The notes beneath the pieces are model-generated. The model saw only the letters and a list, made by a program, of their open reading frames with translations. It was not told the origin of the DNA and searched no databases. A stretch of DNA of 64,000 nucleotides from Selaginella moellendorffii. Taxonomy: Eukaryota > Plantae > Lycopodiophyta. This document shows positions 11,166 to 22,229 of this stretch, one piece after another. The stretch covers positions 1,226,091 to 1,290,090 of the forward strand of contig NW_003314279.1 of assembly GCF_000143415.4 (NCBI RefSeq), read 5' to 3'. How positions within the stretch are numbered: position 1 is the first letter of the stretch; each line of letters starts with the position of its first letter. The position numbers were made by a program, and so were the translations under genes.

Positions 11166-12982
11166 ATGCCGGAGGAGCTACCGGCGGGGCTGCCCCCAGC
11201 ACGACCGATAGAACATAAGATTGAGCTGGTCGAGGGTGCTGAGGCAGTGGTTCGTCCCCCTTATCGTTTGAACGAAAAAGAACTCAAGGAGCTCAAGTGC
11301 CAACTAGAGGAGTTGGTGGACAAAGGGTATGTTAGGTTGAGCAAGTCGCCGTATGGGGCGCCGGTGTTATTTGTGAAAAAGAAAGATGGATCTATGCGCA
11401 TGTGCATAGACTACCGCTTGCTCAACAAGTATACAAAGAAGAACAAGTACCCTTTGCCAAGGATTGAGGACCTGTTCGATAGGTTGGGAAAGGCAAAATA
11501 CTTCTCGAGGATTGACCTAAGGTCAGGATACTACCAGATCAGGGTAGCCGAGGAAGATGTCGAGAAGACAACCTGTCGAACGAGGTATGGGAGCTTTGAG
11601 TTTCTGGTGATGCCCTTCGGGCTATGTAATGCGCCGGCAACGTTTTCGGCGCTAATGAACCACATCTTTGTACCCTATCTGGATCACTTCGTGGTCGTCT
11701 ATATCGACGACATCCTGATCTATAGCGAAACGCTAGAGGAGCATGCCGAACACTTGGCGAAGGTGTTTGAGAAACTAAGGGAACACAAGCTGTATACTAA
11801 AGAGAGCAAATGTGACTTTGCTCAACAAGAGGTAAAGTTTCTCGGGCATGTGGTGGGCCAGGATGGGCTCAAGGTGGACCCGGAGAAGGTCCAAGCGATC
11901 CAGGAATGGGAGCGACCAGCCAATGTACATGAGTTGAGGGCATTCCTGGGGCTATGCAACTACTATCGAAAGTTTATCAGACACTATTCGAGAGTAGCCC
12001 TGCCCTTAACGGACCAAACAGGAAAAAGGAAGATGGTGTGGACAGCGGAATGCGAGGCGGCATTCGTCCACCTCAAAGGGAAGTTGAGGAAGGCTCCCGT
12101 ATTGGCATTACCAGACTTTGGTAAGGACTTTGAGGTAGAAATGGATGCTTCGGACTTTGCGTTGGGCGCAGTTTTGAAGCAAGACAACCATCTGGTAGCG
12201 TTCTTCTCGAAGAAGCTGGACAAGGCTCAACGGAAGTGGCCTGCCCACGAGAAGGAATTGTTTGCGGTGGTCAAGGCGCTCAAGGAGTGGCGACACTACC
12301 TTGGGAGACACTTCAAGGTTTACACGGACAATGTGGCAACGAAACACTTCTTGTCACAGCCCGACCTAAGAGGGAAACAAGGTCGGTGGGCCAATGCCTT
12401 GGCCGAGTTTGATTGCGAAATTCTGTACAAGCCTGGGAAGAGCAACATCGTGGCAGATGCACTAAGTCGAAAAGCGAGCTTGAGGTTGGCAATATCCAGC
12501 GCAACAGCAACCTTCTGGGACGATGTGCGGACAGCATATGAGAACGATGGTCTAGCACAGGAAGTGTTGCTGAGGAATCTAGAGGCGCGGGAAGCTCACC
12601 AGAGAGGTGAGCTGCCAACGGAAGAGAAAACGGGCTATGCGGAACGCAACAGACTCATTTATTACAAGCAAACGAGGGTGTATGTTCCAGAAGGGGAACT
12701 AAGGAAGGTGGCCTTAGAAGAGTGTCATGACGGACCTCTTGCGGGACACGGCGGAGTGCCCAAGACAATGGGCTTACTCAAAAGGAAGTACCATTGGCCA
12801 TCCTCAATGCGCGCAAGAGCAAGCGACAAGGACGCGAGGTGAGAGAGTTCCATGTGAAGTGGAAAGGATTTCCACACTGCGAAGCAACATGGGAACCGGA
12901 GGAGAACTTAACGAACGCTCGAGAACTAGTGGAGGAATTTCTGCAAGGCAGAACTCTATGTACTTATGCAAAATTCAATTAA
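11166..12982 (+). pseudogene. pol: RT-RNase H, truncated integrase N-terminus and out-of-frame chromodomain
   Basis: [35 protein letters not shown]; then an abrupt jump at ~12798 to FHVKWKGFPHCEATWEPEENL (chromodomain, 12794-12982). The integrase DDE core is absent. Confidence 0.92.
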
Positions 12983-13385
12983 AAATATCAATTTGCAAAG
13001 TTGAGCAAGTGCAATATGTGGGGACCCGAAGGCGCGCCAAAGGTAAGCTAATTAGCATGGGTTGGATAGGTCGACCAGGCATAGGGCACTACGCCCGACT
13101 CCCCGCGGGGATGTCGAATCCGTAGACGTATTCTACGGAGGTTGGGTTCGAGTCCCAACCCCCTAGTAAAGCAAGGCTGGGTTCAAGTCCCGACCCCATA
13201 CTAGGGCGTGGTGAGGTGAGGAGTATAGGGACACCTATATTCCGTTGTCATGGGCTCTTGGCCGGGGAGGCTAACTTAGGCACACCGCTAAGTGGGGGGA
13301 TGCCCCCGGAGACATGGTCAACAAGTCGTAGGATAAAACGAGACGTTCGATGTGGGCATCGAACTTCTTCTATGGGTGGTGGAGT

Positions 13386-14533
13386 TGTAAGGAACCGACT
13401 CCCCGAGATGTCGTAGGCTAAAGGATCCCCAAAAGCTTGACCGAAATGACAAAGAGTTCATCGGATGGGACCAAGTCGAGGATCGAGTCCAAGACCGACT
13501 CTAGGACCGAGTTCGAGATAGGGTCCGGAATCGAGTCCAAGACCGACTCGGGGACCGAGTTCGAGTCCGAGTTCGAGACCGAGTTCGAGACGGAGTCCGA
13601 GATCCGAAATCGGGTCCGAGACCGAGTCCGAGGTCGAGTCCGAGGTCGGATCCGAGATCGGGTCCGAGATCGAGTCCGAGATCGAGTCCGAAACCAAATC
13701 CGAAGTCGGATCCGAAATCGGGTCCGAGATCGAGCCAGAGACTAAGTCCAAATACTAATACGGGTCAAGGGGTGAAAGCCCAAAGCGTGTGTCTCCCAGG
13801 GGGGGGGGGCTGCAGGGGGTTCCAAAAGTATAGTAGGGATAGTGAGGTCCAGGAACCAGTTTTGAAGGGACTCTCCAGTTGGGCTTCCAAACCGACTTGA
13901 GGTTGGGACTGGGACCGAGGGGCCTTGGGTGGGAGTGAGCATGGACTTGGCTGGTGCCGGAGGGGCCATCCAAGGAAGTGCTCAAGAGCAGCTCCCACTC
14001 CCGAAAGGGAAACCAATTGCGGTGCTCCCGGCTCATGTGGAGTGGTGCCCCACTTGAGTACCATGCGGCTCATTGGTCCTCGCCCTTCCTAGGGGCTTGG
14101 GCCTTCCTTCGGGATGGAAGTGGGGGGCGAGAGGTACCCATACCGGGCCGCTAGGCCACGGTGTTTCGCCCCGGCGTCCCGAAGCAAGTGTTGCACTCAA
14201 GACTTGGGATTTAGAGGGTCCCATGATCAAGTCTTGTGGTACTAAGGGATGTTAGGAACCTGGAAGCTTGGTGTGCTTGGCTGCTTGTGCTTGCGGGGAG
14301 TGTAGCCGAACCTTAAGTCCAGTCTAACCCGGGGAGGGGGATTGAGAGTGATTTGGGAATCCGTGGAAGGATGGCTAACACTCCGTTGCTCGTGCAGTGA
14401 GTAGCTGAAACCAAGTAGGAGCTAGTACCATAGGCGAAAACCTTGGCAAGGGAACTTAGCAAAAGCCAAGGCAGTGTTGGACGGATAGACGAGGTAAGCT
14501 GGCAAATTGGAAAGGAAAAATTTGTGGCTTACA
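13386..14533 (+). repeat. 3' LTR of chromovirus
   Basis: Near-identical to 8143-9279, with one extra 12-bp minisatellite unit. Confidence 0.96.
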
Positions 14534-14841
14534 GAGACCACACGAGCCTTACAATGTTTCAGGGGCATTTGCCATAGATCCGACCGTTATTTTGCTCCAA
14601 GATTCTACAGTTTGGTGTGCATTGACCTTTCCATCGACACTGCAAAGGGACATCACAATCAGATGCGGGATCACAAGAAACCAACTTCACTAACTCTGGT
14701 TTCACCAAGATCTACGTAAGGAATTATGAAATGAAAGGACCCTCTCTATTGAAATGTGTTTATGGTCCTAGGGGCATTGTGATATATCAAAGGATTTTGC
14801 ATCAAGTTCTGTATTTGCATGTTTATCAAGCTACTGAATTG

Positions 14842-14874
14842 CTAAACCCTAAACCCTAAACCCTAACCCTAAAC
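14842..14874 (+). repeat. Interstitial plant telomeric repeat (CCCTAAA)n, ~4.5 units
   Basis: CTAAACCCTAAACCCTAAACCCTAACCCTAAAC. Confidence 0.85.
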
Positions 14875-15733
14875 ATGTGGCAAATGCTGCATGAAGAAAG
14901 ATGCCCTTTCTGGGCGAATGCTGTAAGAGGCAGATTCCGAGCAGATGTATCTCAGGCCAGCGAAGGGGACAAACGAAAGCTAGCTATAAACATGACGGGA
15001 TGCAAATAGATTACTAGGCTGGTCCTGCGAAAATCAAAAACCATAATTGAAAACATTGAAAATGCAAAAAGAAAGGTTTATAATATTTTTGAATTTTAAG
15101 CAACCAAATGAATGTAAGTAGGGCATGTGTTTGTAAGTTTAAAAATGCCTCAACCACTTAAATTCCCAAGTAAATAAAGCTGTTTCTATTTTTGGTACAG
15201 GTAAACTTTATAGCATGTGGGCTCATGCAATTTTGAACCCAAAAATGCACCAAAAAATGCTCGACTAGCATTATTCTTTGAATGGCGTGTGGCCTTATAT
15301 TGCCATAAATGGACGTACACACACAGCATAATTATTCCTTTACACGGCAAATAATCTTGGCGCGGATCACTGACATGGCATGGCAAAGTTCGAATCACTG
15401 ACATGGCACAGCTGGATCGAGGCAAGGACATGATGTGACAAAGTTCAACCTCCGACAGTAAAGTCTAGAAGCTACTCAGTTTAAAATTTGTCAGAGGAAT
15501 CATAAGATCTGGTTTGTCAGAGGATTTGATGTGACGTTCAAGCGTGTGTTATTTTTGAATTCTCGAACTCATTCCTAGGTTTATCATTTTTGTGCGCCGT
15601 GTTCTTGGTTCCGCTGAGCGCAGTGAGCGCTGCTTGTGTAAGCGGCGTTGTGAGCTGTGGTTTATGCGTCTACAAGCGGTTGCGGCATTGCGAGTGCCAT
15701 TGCGAGCGGCAGTTTATGCGAGTGGCAGTTTGT

Positions 15734-15802
15734 GCGAGCGGCGCTACGAGCAGTTGCGGTGTTGCGAGCGGCGCTACGAGTAGTTGCGGTGTTGCGAGCG
15801 GC
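15734..15802 (+). repeat. 30-bp tandem repeat (~2.3 units) upstream of the transposase ORF
   Basis: GCGAGCGGCGCTACGAG(C/T)AGTTGCGGTGTT repeated. Confidence 0.75.
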
Positions 15803-16048
15803 ACTGTCTTTGGTGTGGCTACCGCTTCCTCTTGATATTCGGCACTTGTGCTTCCTGGTATGTTCACCATGGAATGGTTTAGGACCACATTTAGAAATGG
15901 CATGAGGCCTCATGCCATCTTGGGGCCTTGCAAGTTCATCACTAGCATATTGCCATAGTTTCTTTACCTGCCTGCAGCTGTGTGTATATCAAGATGGCAT
16001 GAGGCCTCATGCCATCCATGCTATTTGGTATGTTATGATGTATGCCAT

Positions 16049-16148
16049 NNNNNNNNNNNNNNNNNNNNNNNNNNNNNNNNNNNNNNNNNNNNNNNNNNNN
16101 NNNNNNNNNNNNNNNNNNNNNNNNNNNNNNNNNNNNNNNNNNNNNNNN
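16049..16148. other. Assembly gap (100 N) just upstream of the transposase ORF
   Basis: Run of N. Confidence 1.
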
Positions 16149-16207
16149 AAAAAAGAGAGGAATGTGGTTGAATACTAGCCTGGCACCTGGAAGGCAGCTC
16201 GCATTTT

Positions 16208-18502
16208 GTGTATGAGGCATTACGGTCATCTGTTGATGCTTCAGAACATCAGGTGGGGGGCATGGTCTTCCAGAGGGGTTTGGTCTGCATGAAGGCATGG
16301 AGAATCATTTATGGAGTCCCTCGAAGCACATTCTACAGAATCAAAACTGAGTTCGAGGAACAAAGGGTTCAACAGGCAGTCCATGGGAACGACGGTACGC
16401 ACAAAACCAGGGGTCATGTTGTATATGGAGAGGCAATCTTCAAGAGGTTTGTCGAGACATGTAGCGAGCAGCAACCACATAAAACCCGCCTCTTGGAAGA
16501 TGGAACACGAGACACCCAACGAGTTCTCCCTTCCATGTATACCAAGGGGGCCATATTGGAAGATGTGAATCGGGAACTCCAGAGTAATGGCTACAGGAAG
16601 CTGAGCCAATCTAGATTTAGTAGATTGTGGAGCAACAGGTTCAGGGATGTGAGTATAGGAAAGTACTCCAGCTTTTCAAAGTGTGACGAGTGCACTGCTA
16701 TCAAAATGGCTTTGTCGAAGAATTCTTGCAGCGCTCAAGAGCGAGAGACGTTGGTTAGAAGGCGGCTCGACCACAACATCGAGCAGAGAAGCTGCAGGAC
16801 TGCATATTATCATAATAGGATTCTCTCCATGGAGAGACCTGACTCTTACCTCTGCATCATCCACGACAAAATGGACCAGAAAAAGATGTGCTTACCTCGA
16901 CTCAATCCTGCCCCCAAGGCAATCTCTTCATCCATGCAGCTGCCTGTGTCTCTGTTTGGCATAATCGCTCATAGGCATGGTGCCCAAAACTATGGGAACT
17001 TCTTTGTACCTCTATGGGGTGGCGGGGGTGCAAACATGATGATTGCGTCCCTAGCAAAACACTTAAGGTCTCTGCAAAGTGCGCAGACTGAGCTGAACGG
17101 CCAACCCTTGCATAAGGCCCTTGTCGATCGAACCCCATACAGGGTTCAGCTGGAGGAGGAGCAAAGGCTTGCAGTATCGCGTGGGGCCCCATGCCATCCC
17201 AGTGAATATGTTGGCCGTCAGATTGTAGGGTTATCACGTGAGGCCTCATGCCATTCCGACGAGGCTGGTCGCCCGGTGAATGCACAGCCTCATCCAAACG
17301 AAGCAGAATCTCAAGGAAGTTCTTGCGGCCGATGTGGCCTTCCACCCCATCTTCTGCTCCAAACAGACAATGCAGGCAGTGAGAACAAAAACATGTACGT
17401 CTTCGTGTACTTGGCGATGCTTGTTGCCAAAGGCATATTTGAAACGGTTACACTTGGCTTTCTCATGGTTGGGCACACTCATGAAGACGTCGATGCCATG
17501 TTCAATCACCTGGCAGAGTCCCTCCGGCGATCCAATGTCCTCACCCTCCCACAACTCTACGATGAATTCCAAAATTGCATCAAAAGCACTGTTGAAGCTG
17601 CACTTGTGACAGAGGTTCCAAACTTTAAGGGGTTTGTAAGAGGCTACATCAGGGACGGATCCGAAACGCTGATTGGCCACTCCAAGCCTCTTCAGTTTCA
17701 TTTCAGCATGCGTGACGGTGCTCCAGTGATGAGGTACAAGATGAGAGAATGGGACACAGTGTGGCTGCCAGTGGATGGCATTGAACTCTTCAAGAGAGAT
17801 CCCATAACTGGGGAACCTATGATTCCTCAGGGTTCCCCACGGCCGATGCACCCGGATGGACTCAAAGACCAGGAAAGTATAGTGGCCGGGATTAGACAGC
17901 ATATTGCCTTCTGGAAGAGGGGGTTGGTGTTTGGTATAGAATCCTATTTTAAGAGGTGCAAGCCTTTGCTCAAATACTGGGAGAAGATTATATTTGCTAT
18001 CCAAAATGGGCCGGTTGTATATGAAGAATTGGAAGAGTCCTTTTGGCCAGAACCCAGAGCACCAGATAGTAGCGGAACAATGTCCTCTGGAAATGCAGTG
18101 ACAGATAATGATGTTGAGGATCACTATTGTGGGCCGAGGAACAAGAAGCCGGATTCAGCATTCAATCCAGTACAGGTCTGCAAAGGAATGGTCGTGCTTG
18201 TCAGACCCAGTAATAAAAAACAAATGATATGGGTGGGGCACTGCATCACTGATGCAGAGGAGGACGCGGAAACTAACTCCTTCAATGTAACTGTGGAGTG
18301 GTTCAAGCCAAGTTCCGGATATACGAAGGATTGCCTAGAAAAGAGATGGGTGCTGAATCCAAGGGATCCCAGCATGAGCATATCGGTGGATAATGTTGTG
18401 CATGGTTGGATGCGGAAGCAGAGTGCCACCATCACCTTGCCAGACCATGCAAGAGATGCAGCAAGAGCATTCATAACCCGAGTTCAAGGTGAGATTCATT
18501 AA
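16208..18502 (+). CDS. Sola1-like DDE transposase (true 5' end obscured by the gap; possible short last exon to 18575)
   Basis: FSKCDEC; CIIHDKMDQKK (D1); LLQTDNAGSENKN (D2); FLMVGHTHEDVDAMF; 764-aa open frame inside the TIRs. Confidence 0.88.
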   Translation: MYEALRSSVDASEHQVGGMVFQRGLVCMKAWRIIYGVPRSTFYRIKTEFEEQRVQQAVHGNDGTHKTRGHVVYGEAIFKRFVETCSEQQPHKTRLLEDGTRDTQRVLPSMYTKGAILEDVNRELQSNGYRKLSQSRFSRLWSNRFRDVSIGKYSSFSKCDECTAIKMALSKNSCSAQERETLVRRRLDHNIEQRSCRTAYYHNRILSMERPDSYLCIIHDKMDQKKMCLPRLNPAPKAISSSMQLPVSLFGIIAHRHGAQNYGNFFVPLWGGGGANMMIASLAKHLRSLQSAQTELNGQPLHKALVDRTPYRVQLEEEQRLAVSRGAPCHPSEYVGRQIVGLSREASCHSDEAGRPVNAQPHPNEAESQGSSCGRCGLPPHLLLQTDNAGSENKNMYVFVYLAMLVAKGIFETVTLGFLMVGHTHEDVDAMFNHLAESLRRSNVLTLPQLYDEFQNCIKSTVEAALVTEVPNFKGFVRGYIRDGSETLIGHSKPLQFHFSMRDGAPVMRYKMREWDTVWLPVDGIELFKRDPITGEPMIPQGSPRPMHPDGLKDQESIVAGIRQHIAFWKRGLVFGIESYFKRCKPLLKYWEKIIFAIQNGPVVYEELEESFWPEPRAPDSSGTMSSGNAVTDNDVEDHYCGPRNKKPDSAFNPVQVCKGMVVLVRPSNKKQMIWVGHCITDAEEDAETNSFNVTVEWFKPSSGYTKDCLEKRWVLNPRDPSMSISVDNVVHGWMRKQSATITLPDHARDAARAFITRVQGEIH

Positions 18503-18789
18503 TATTCCTTTAGTAAGTTTCTAATGTATTTTATTTCAAGGTGAACAATCCGAATCTGAATCAGAGGAGGCGTGATGGCATGTGGCCCTTTGCACTAGTA
18601 TATCTTAATACCGGTCTGAGAAATAGAATGGCATGTGCCCTCAGGCCTTTTACTAAATCACCTTTGAAAGAAATGCAAGCCTCTATGTCGTAAAAAAAAG
18701 GTACTAGAGAAATTCCTTAATAATATGAATGTTATTTAGTTTCATGAAAATACACTAAGGGTCAAATGAGTTAAATGACTTCTCCAGAC

Positions 18790-19076
18790 ATGCTTTATTT
18801 CGTTAAAGTGGGACTTTTCATTATCCCACTTATGGTGTGTGGCCACATGCCATTTTTATAACAACAATAAAAAATTGAAGTTTTAACTTTATAATTTATA
18901 AATTAAAAACTTTTTATATGATTTTGTGTTATAATATTGTGAAATATAAAAAATAAATTAAAAAACTGATAGAAATATTAATAAATATTAATTAAGTACT
19001 AGGAAATGGCATGTGGACACATGCTAATTAATGTCCCACTTTACTGAATAAGTCCCACTTTAACGAAATAAAGCAT
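18790..19076. mobile_element. 287-bp MITE of the same Sola family, nested in the larger element
   Basis: 27-bp TIR ATGCTTTATTTCGTTAAAGTGGGACTT (22/24 identical to the large-element TIR); 4-bp TSD AGAC (18786-18789 / 19077-19080); AT-rich core; one 22-bp palindrome near each end. Confidence 0.93.
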
Positions 19077-19482
19077 AGACTAGCAATGCCTCTTGCTACA
19101 CCTTCACAATTAGATTCGTTAGAAAAAGATAACATTGAATAATATCTAAATGTTCTCACCATTAAGTTATATGTCTGGCTAATAGGAATGACGTTCATCT
19201 TGGAAAGCTCACCACACGCTCAATGAACAAACAAATAGTGTGTGCACGCATGCCATCGCTCTTCTTTAGCTTCAGATTCGGCTTGTTCACCTTGACAATG
19301 AGATTTATTATACAACCAGATGGACTCAGTCTGGACACAAAGTCACCGCGCTAGTCACCATGCCCCAGATATGTCTAGCCCCTGGACAAAAAACATATAA
19401 TTTCACGTCATTTTCAAATACTTGAAAATTTGTACCTAGTCCCATTTTATTGAATAAATCCCACTTTAACGAAATAGAGCTT

Positions 19483-22011
19483 ACGTGCAAAATAAAAGGT
19501 CGAGTGTAGTCAGGATATCCCAAAACCGGAGGAGTTATCAATAATTCTTTGAGATCCCTGAATGCCCACTCATAATCCGGAGACCAAATGAAAGATGACG
19601 TTGATGACTTCAGCAACGCTCGTAATGGTGCAGTGCGATCAGAATAATGATCCACAAAACGCCCGAGATACTGCACCTTGCCCAAGAAGTGTTGCACATC
19701 ATTCACACACTTCGGAGTAGGGAACTTCAGAATAGCCACAAGTTTGTCAGGATCAACTTGCAAACCCTCACCAGAAATACGGTACCCAAGATAAGTTGTG
19801 TCCTTGGATCCAAACACGCACTTCGACCGCTTCAGCTTTAATCTAACGTTGCGTAGCCGATCCAACACTTTACAAACATCACGAACGTGCTCCTCCCACG
19901 TCCCCTCCAAGTGGATCAAGACATCATCAATGAAGTCAGCAGTCACGTTTGGCATATCGCAAAGAATCTCGTCCATCATCCATTGAAAAGTTGCTGGAGT
20001 ATTGTTCAAACCAAATGGCATCACCAAGAACTCGTACAAACCAAATGGTGTACGAAAAGCAGTCTTAGGAATATCTTCTTCAGCCATCGGTACTTGCCAA
20101 TACCCAAAAGCAAGATCTAGCTTGGTGAACCAATGACTTCGCCCCAGATGATCCAAGAGATCAGCAGTGTGAGGAAGAGGGTACACATCCGGGATCGTTA
20201 CGTTGTTTAACGGACGATAGTCGATGCAGAAACGAATACTCCCACCAGGCTTCGTCATAAGATGAGGTTCACATGCCCAAGGACTCCGTGATTTCTGAAT
20301 AACACCCTTCTCCAACATCCCCTTGACATTTGCACGTAAGATCTTAATCTCCTTGGGTGATCGACAACGAATAGGAACCTTGATTGAACGAGCATCCCCA
20401 GTTGGAATCGGATGACGTGTGGCAATCTTAGCTCCAGACAATAGGTCAAAGTCAAAGAGATCAGAATACTCCTTCATAAGCCGGTCAACTACTGCAACAC
20501 AAAGATCGTCGAAGGGATCGGAAAAGGGAAGAGCAGAACAAGATAGAAACACAGGAGGAAAGAGTGGGGAAACAAAAGTAATGGAAGCAGAGGTAAAAGT
20601 AGAGGGACAAAGAGGTACGAAAGTGAGAGGAATGGATAAAACGTAAGGAAGTATAGGACAAGGGGGAGAAGCCTCAAAGTCACACTTGGCATGATTACGC
20701 TGCAACCAATCTATACCAAGAATGAGGTCAAAAGCTTGACTTGGCACTATCTGTAATGACTGCAACTCAAGCTCGAGATCGCCCACACGCACAACCAGGT
20801 TTGCCTCATCCCGTGCATATGCATGTGTACAGCCGTTGCCATAAAGAATGAAAACTGGTTCCACCACATGACGCAAGTGTAGATGACAATGTGTGGCAAC
20901 AGGTTGAGCAATAGAAGATAAACTCAAACCTGTATTAACCAACACGGAGAAAATAATAGGAGACCTCTTGTTATAAAGATGAGCTTGGAAAGTAAACACT
21001 GGATGAACTGGTGCCGAGTGAACCCCTTGATGATACTCCCAAAAAAAAGATGGAGGGGTCACTGACTTATTCGCGCAAGGTCCCTCCATTACTCGCGCGA
21101 CTCCTCGTTTCCCAGATGCATCTCGGTGTCCAAACCATCCATTGTAGCAGCACCAACGGGACATCGCTGATGCCAAGGTCTCCACCCAGGAAATGGAGGT
21201 TGCCAATCCGGAAAACGCTGACAATGCCGATAAGTATGACCAACTTCATCACATGCCCAGCAGCGAACATCACGGCCACGACCACGTCCTCGCCCTTGAC
21301 CTTGGACTCGAGCAGCAGCAGCATCAACCTCCATTGGAACAGGACTATCACCCACAGGACATGGAGCTAAAGGATGTGCAGCGAGAAGTGGAAGAGGCAA
21401 CGTCTCATAACGTTGTGCCAAGCGAAGAGCATTGTGAAGGGTGGCGGGAGCAAGTGCATGCACAAGTCCGACAAGATCTTGACGAAGTGCTAGCCACACA
21501 TTCCTAGCTTGATCCGCTCCGACATATTTGGGTCCGCACGAAGCAAAAGACTTTGGAAACGAACACCAAATTGCATCACTGACTCAGATGGCCTTTGGCG
21601 AAAATGATGCAATTGTTGGAAAGCATCATCACAATCATCGGCATGTCTGAAGGTGCATTTGAAGACATCCGGAAGAACAATCCAATCCCCGCGAGTGGCT
21701 GCTCTGAAACCGTTGTACCACTGCAATGCCATCCCTTGGAGACACGTGGGAAACTCACGCAAACGTCGAGCATCATCCCAAGAATGATATGTGGCAATCA
21801 CCGTAAAGTGATCAAACCAATGGTACACATCATCCCTAAGATTCCCGAGAAAGAACTCCGGCAGAACGTGAGGATTGGCACCAAGAGCAGGAGGAGTTGT
21901 ACCATGTGCCGTGAACGCCACCATCAACTGAGTTTGGTTATTCAATTGCAAGCACATAGCATCAAGCAATTGTACCAACTACTACTTTAGAGGAGATTGC
22001 TGATCTACCAT
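19483..22011 (-). pseudogene. gag-PR-RT of outer gypsy (multiple stops and frameshifts)
   Basis: Gag with CWACDEVGHTYRHC knuckle; degenerate protease VLVNTG; RFCIDYRPLN, FIDD RT motif; ends PFILHV at the Sola junction. Confidence 0.9.
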
Positions 22012-22210
22012 AGAGACGAATGAAAAAGAAAAAGCAAAAGAAGAGAAATGATAAAAAAAGCTAAAAGGAAATAGTAGATCTAGACAATGCAAAAAGCTAG
22101 ATCTAAACCAAAATTCTGAAAGGAAATGGAAAAAGCTAGATCTAGATAATGCAAAAGCTATATCTAAATTGAAATCCCAAATCCAAGCACTCCCCAGGGA
22201 CAATCAAAGG

Positions 22211-22228
22211 TGCCTCTCATCTCCACCA
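22211..22228 (-). promoter_or_regulatory. Primer binding site, probably tRNA-Ala
   Basis: Minus-strand TGGTGGAGATGAGAGGCA 1 nt after the 5' LTR; complementary to the ...CATCTCCACCA 3' end typical of eukaryotic tRNA-Ala. Confidence 0.65.
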
Positions 22229-22229
22229 A

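Larger units (their letters stand above)
8143..14533 (+). mobile_element. Young Ty3/gypsy chromovirus with internal deletion of the integrase core
   Basis: LTRs 8143-9279 and 13386-14533 (TG...CA, ~99% identical); 5-bp TSD GAGAC (8138-8142 / 14534-14538); PBS TGGTATCGGAGCC; gag-PR-RT-RH and chromodomain. Confidence 0.97.
4441..19256. repeat. Dispersed 22-bp palindrome family ATGGCRTG-N6-CAYGCCAT (~18 copies) confined to the Sola element and its MITE
   Basis: Copies start at 4441, 4722, 5754, 7031, 7068, 7091, 7168, 7951, 15282, 15897, 15994, 17176, 17233, 18575, 18628, 18832, 19006 and 19235. 15897 and 15994 are perfect ATGGCATGAGGCCTCATGCCAT; several others are degenerate. Confidence 0.88.
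4347..19482 (+). mobile_element. Sola-type (Sola1-like) DDE DNA transposon, ~8.4 kb without nested inserts, with transposase plus accessory gene
   Basis: Perfect 24-bp TIR AAGCTCTATTTCGTTAAAGTGGGA (4347-4370 / 19459-19482); 4-bp TSD ACGT (4343-4346 / 19483-19486). Removing it restores the host frame FILHV-DASDIG. DDE transposase at 16208-18502. Confidence 0.92.

Noticed and set aside
15592-15783. Cys-rich ORF as the first exon of the transposase
   Set aside because: Plausible, but it contains a tandem repeat and a stop, and the assembly gap prevents joining it to 16208
4441-19256. Palindromic repeats as a CRISPR-like array
   Set aside because: Spacing is irregular (about 1 bp to kilobases) with no uniform spacers and no cas genes, and the context is eukaryotic; better explained as dispersed binding sites
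19326-19482. C-terminal extension of the 632-aa RT ORF (SSISLKWDLF...)
   Set aside because: Read-through into the Sola right TIR, not genuine pol sequence
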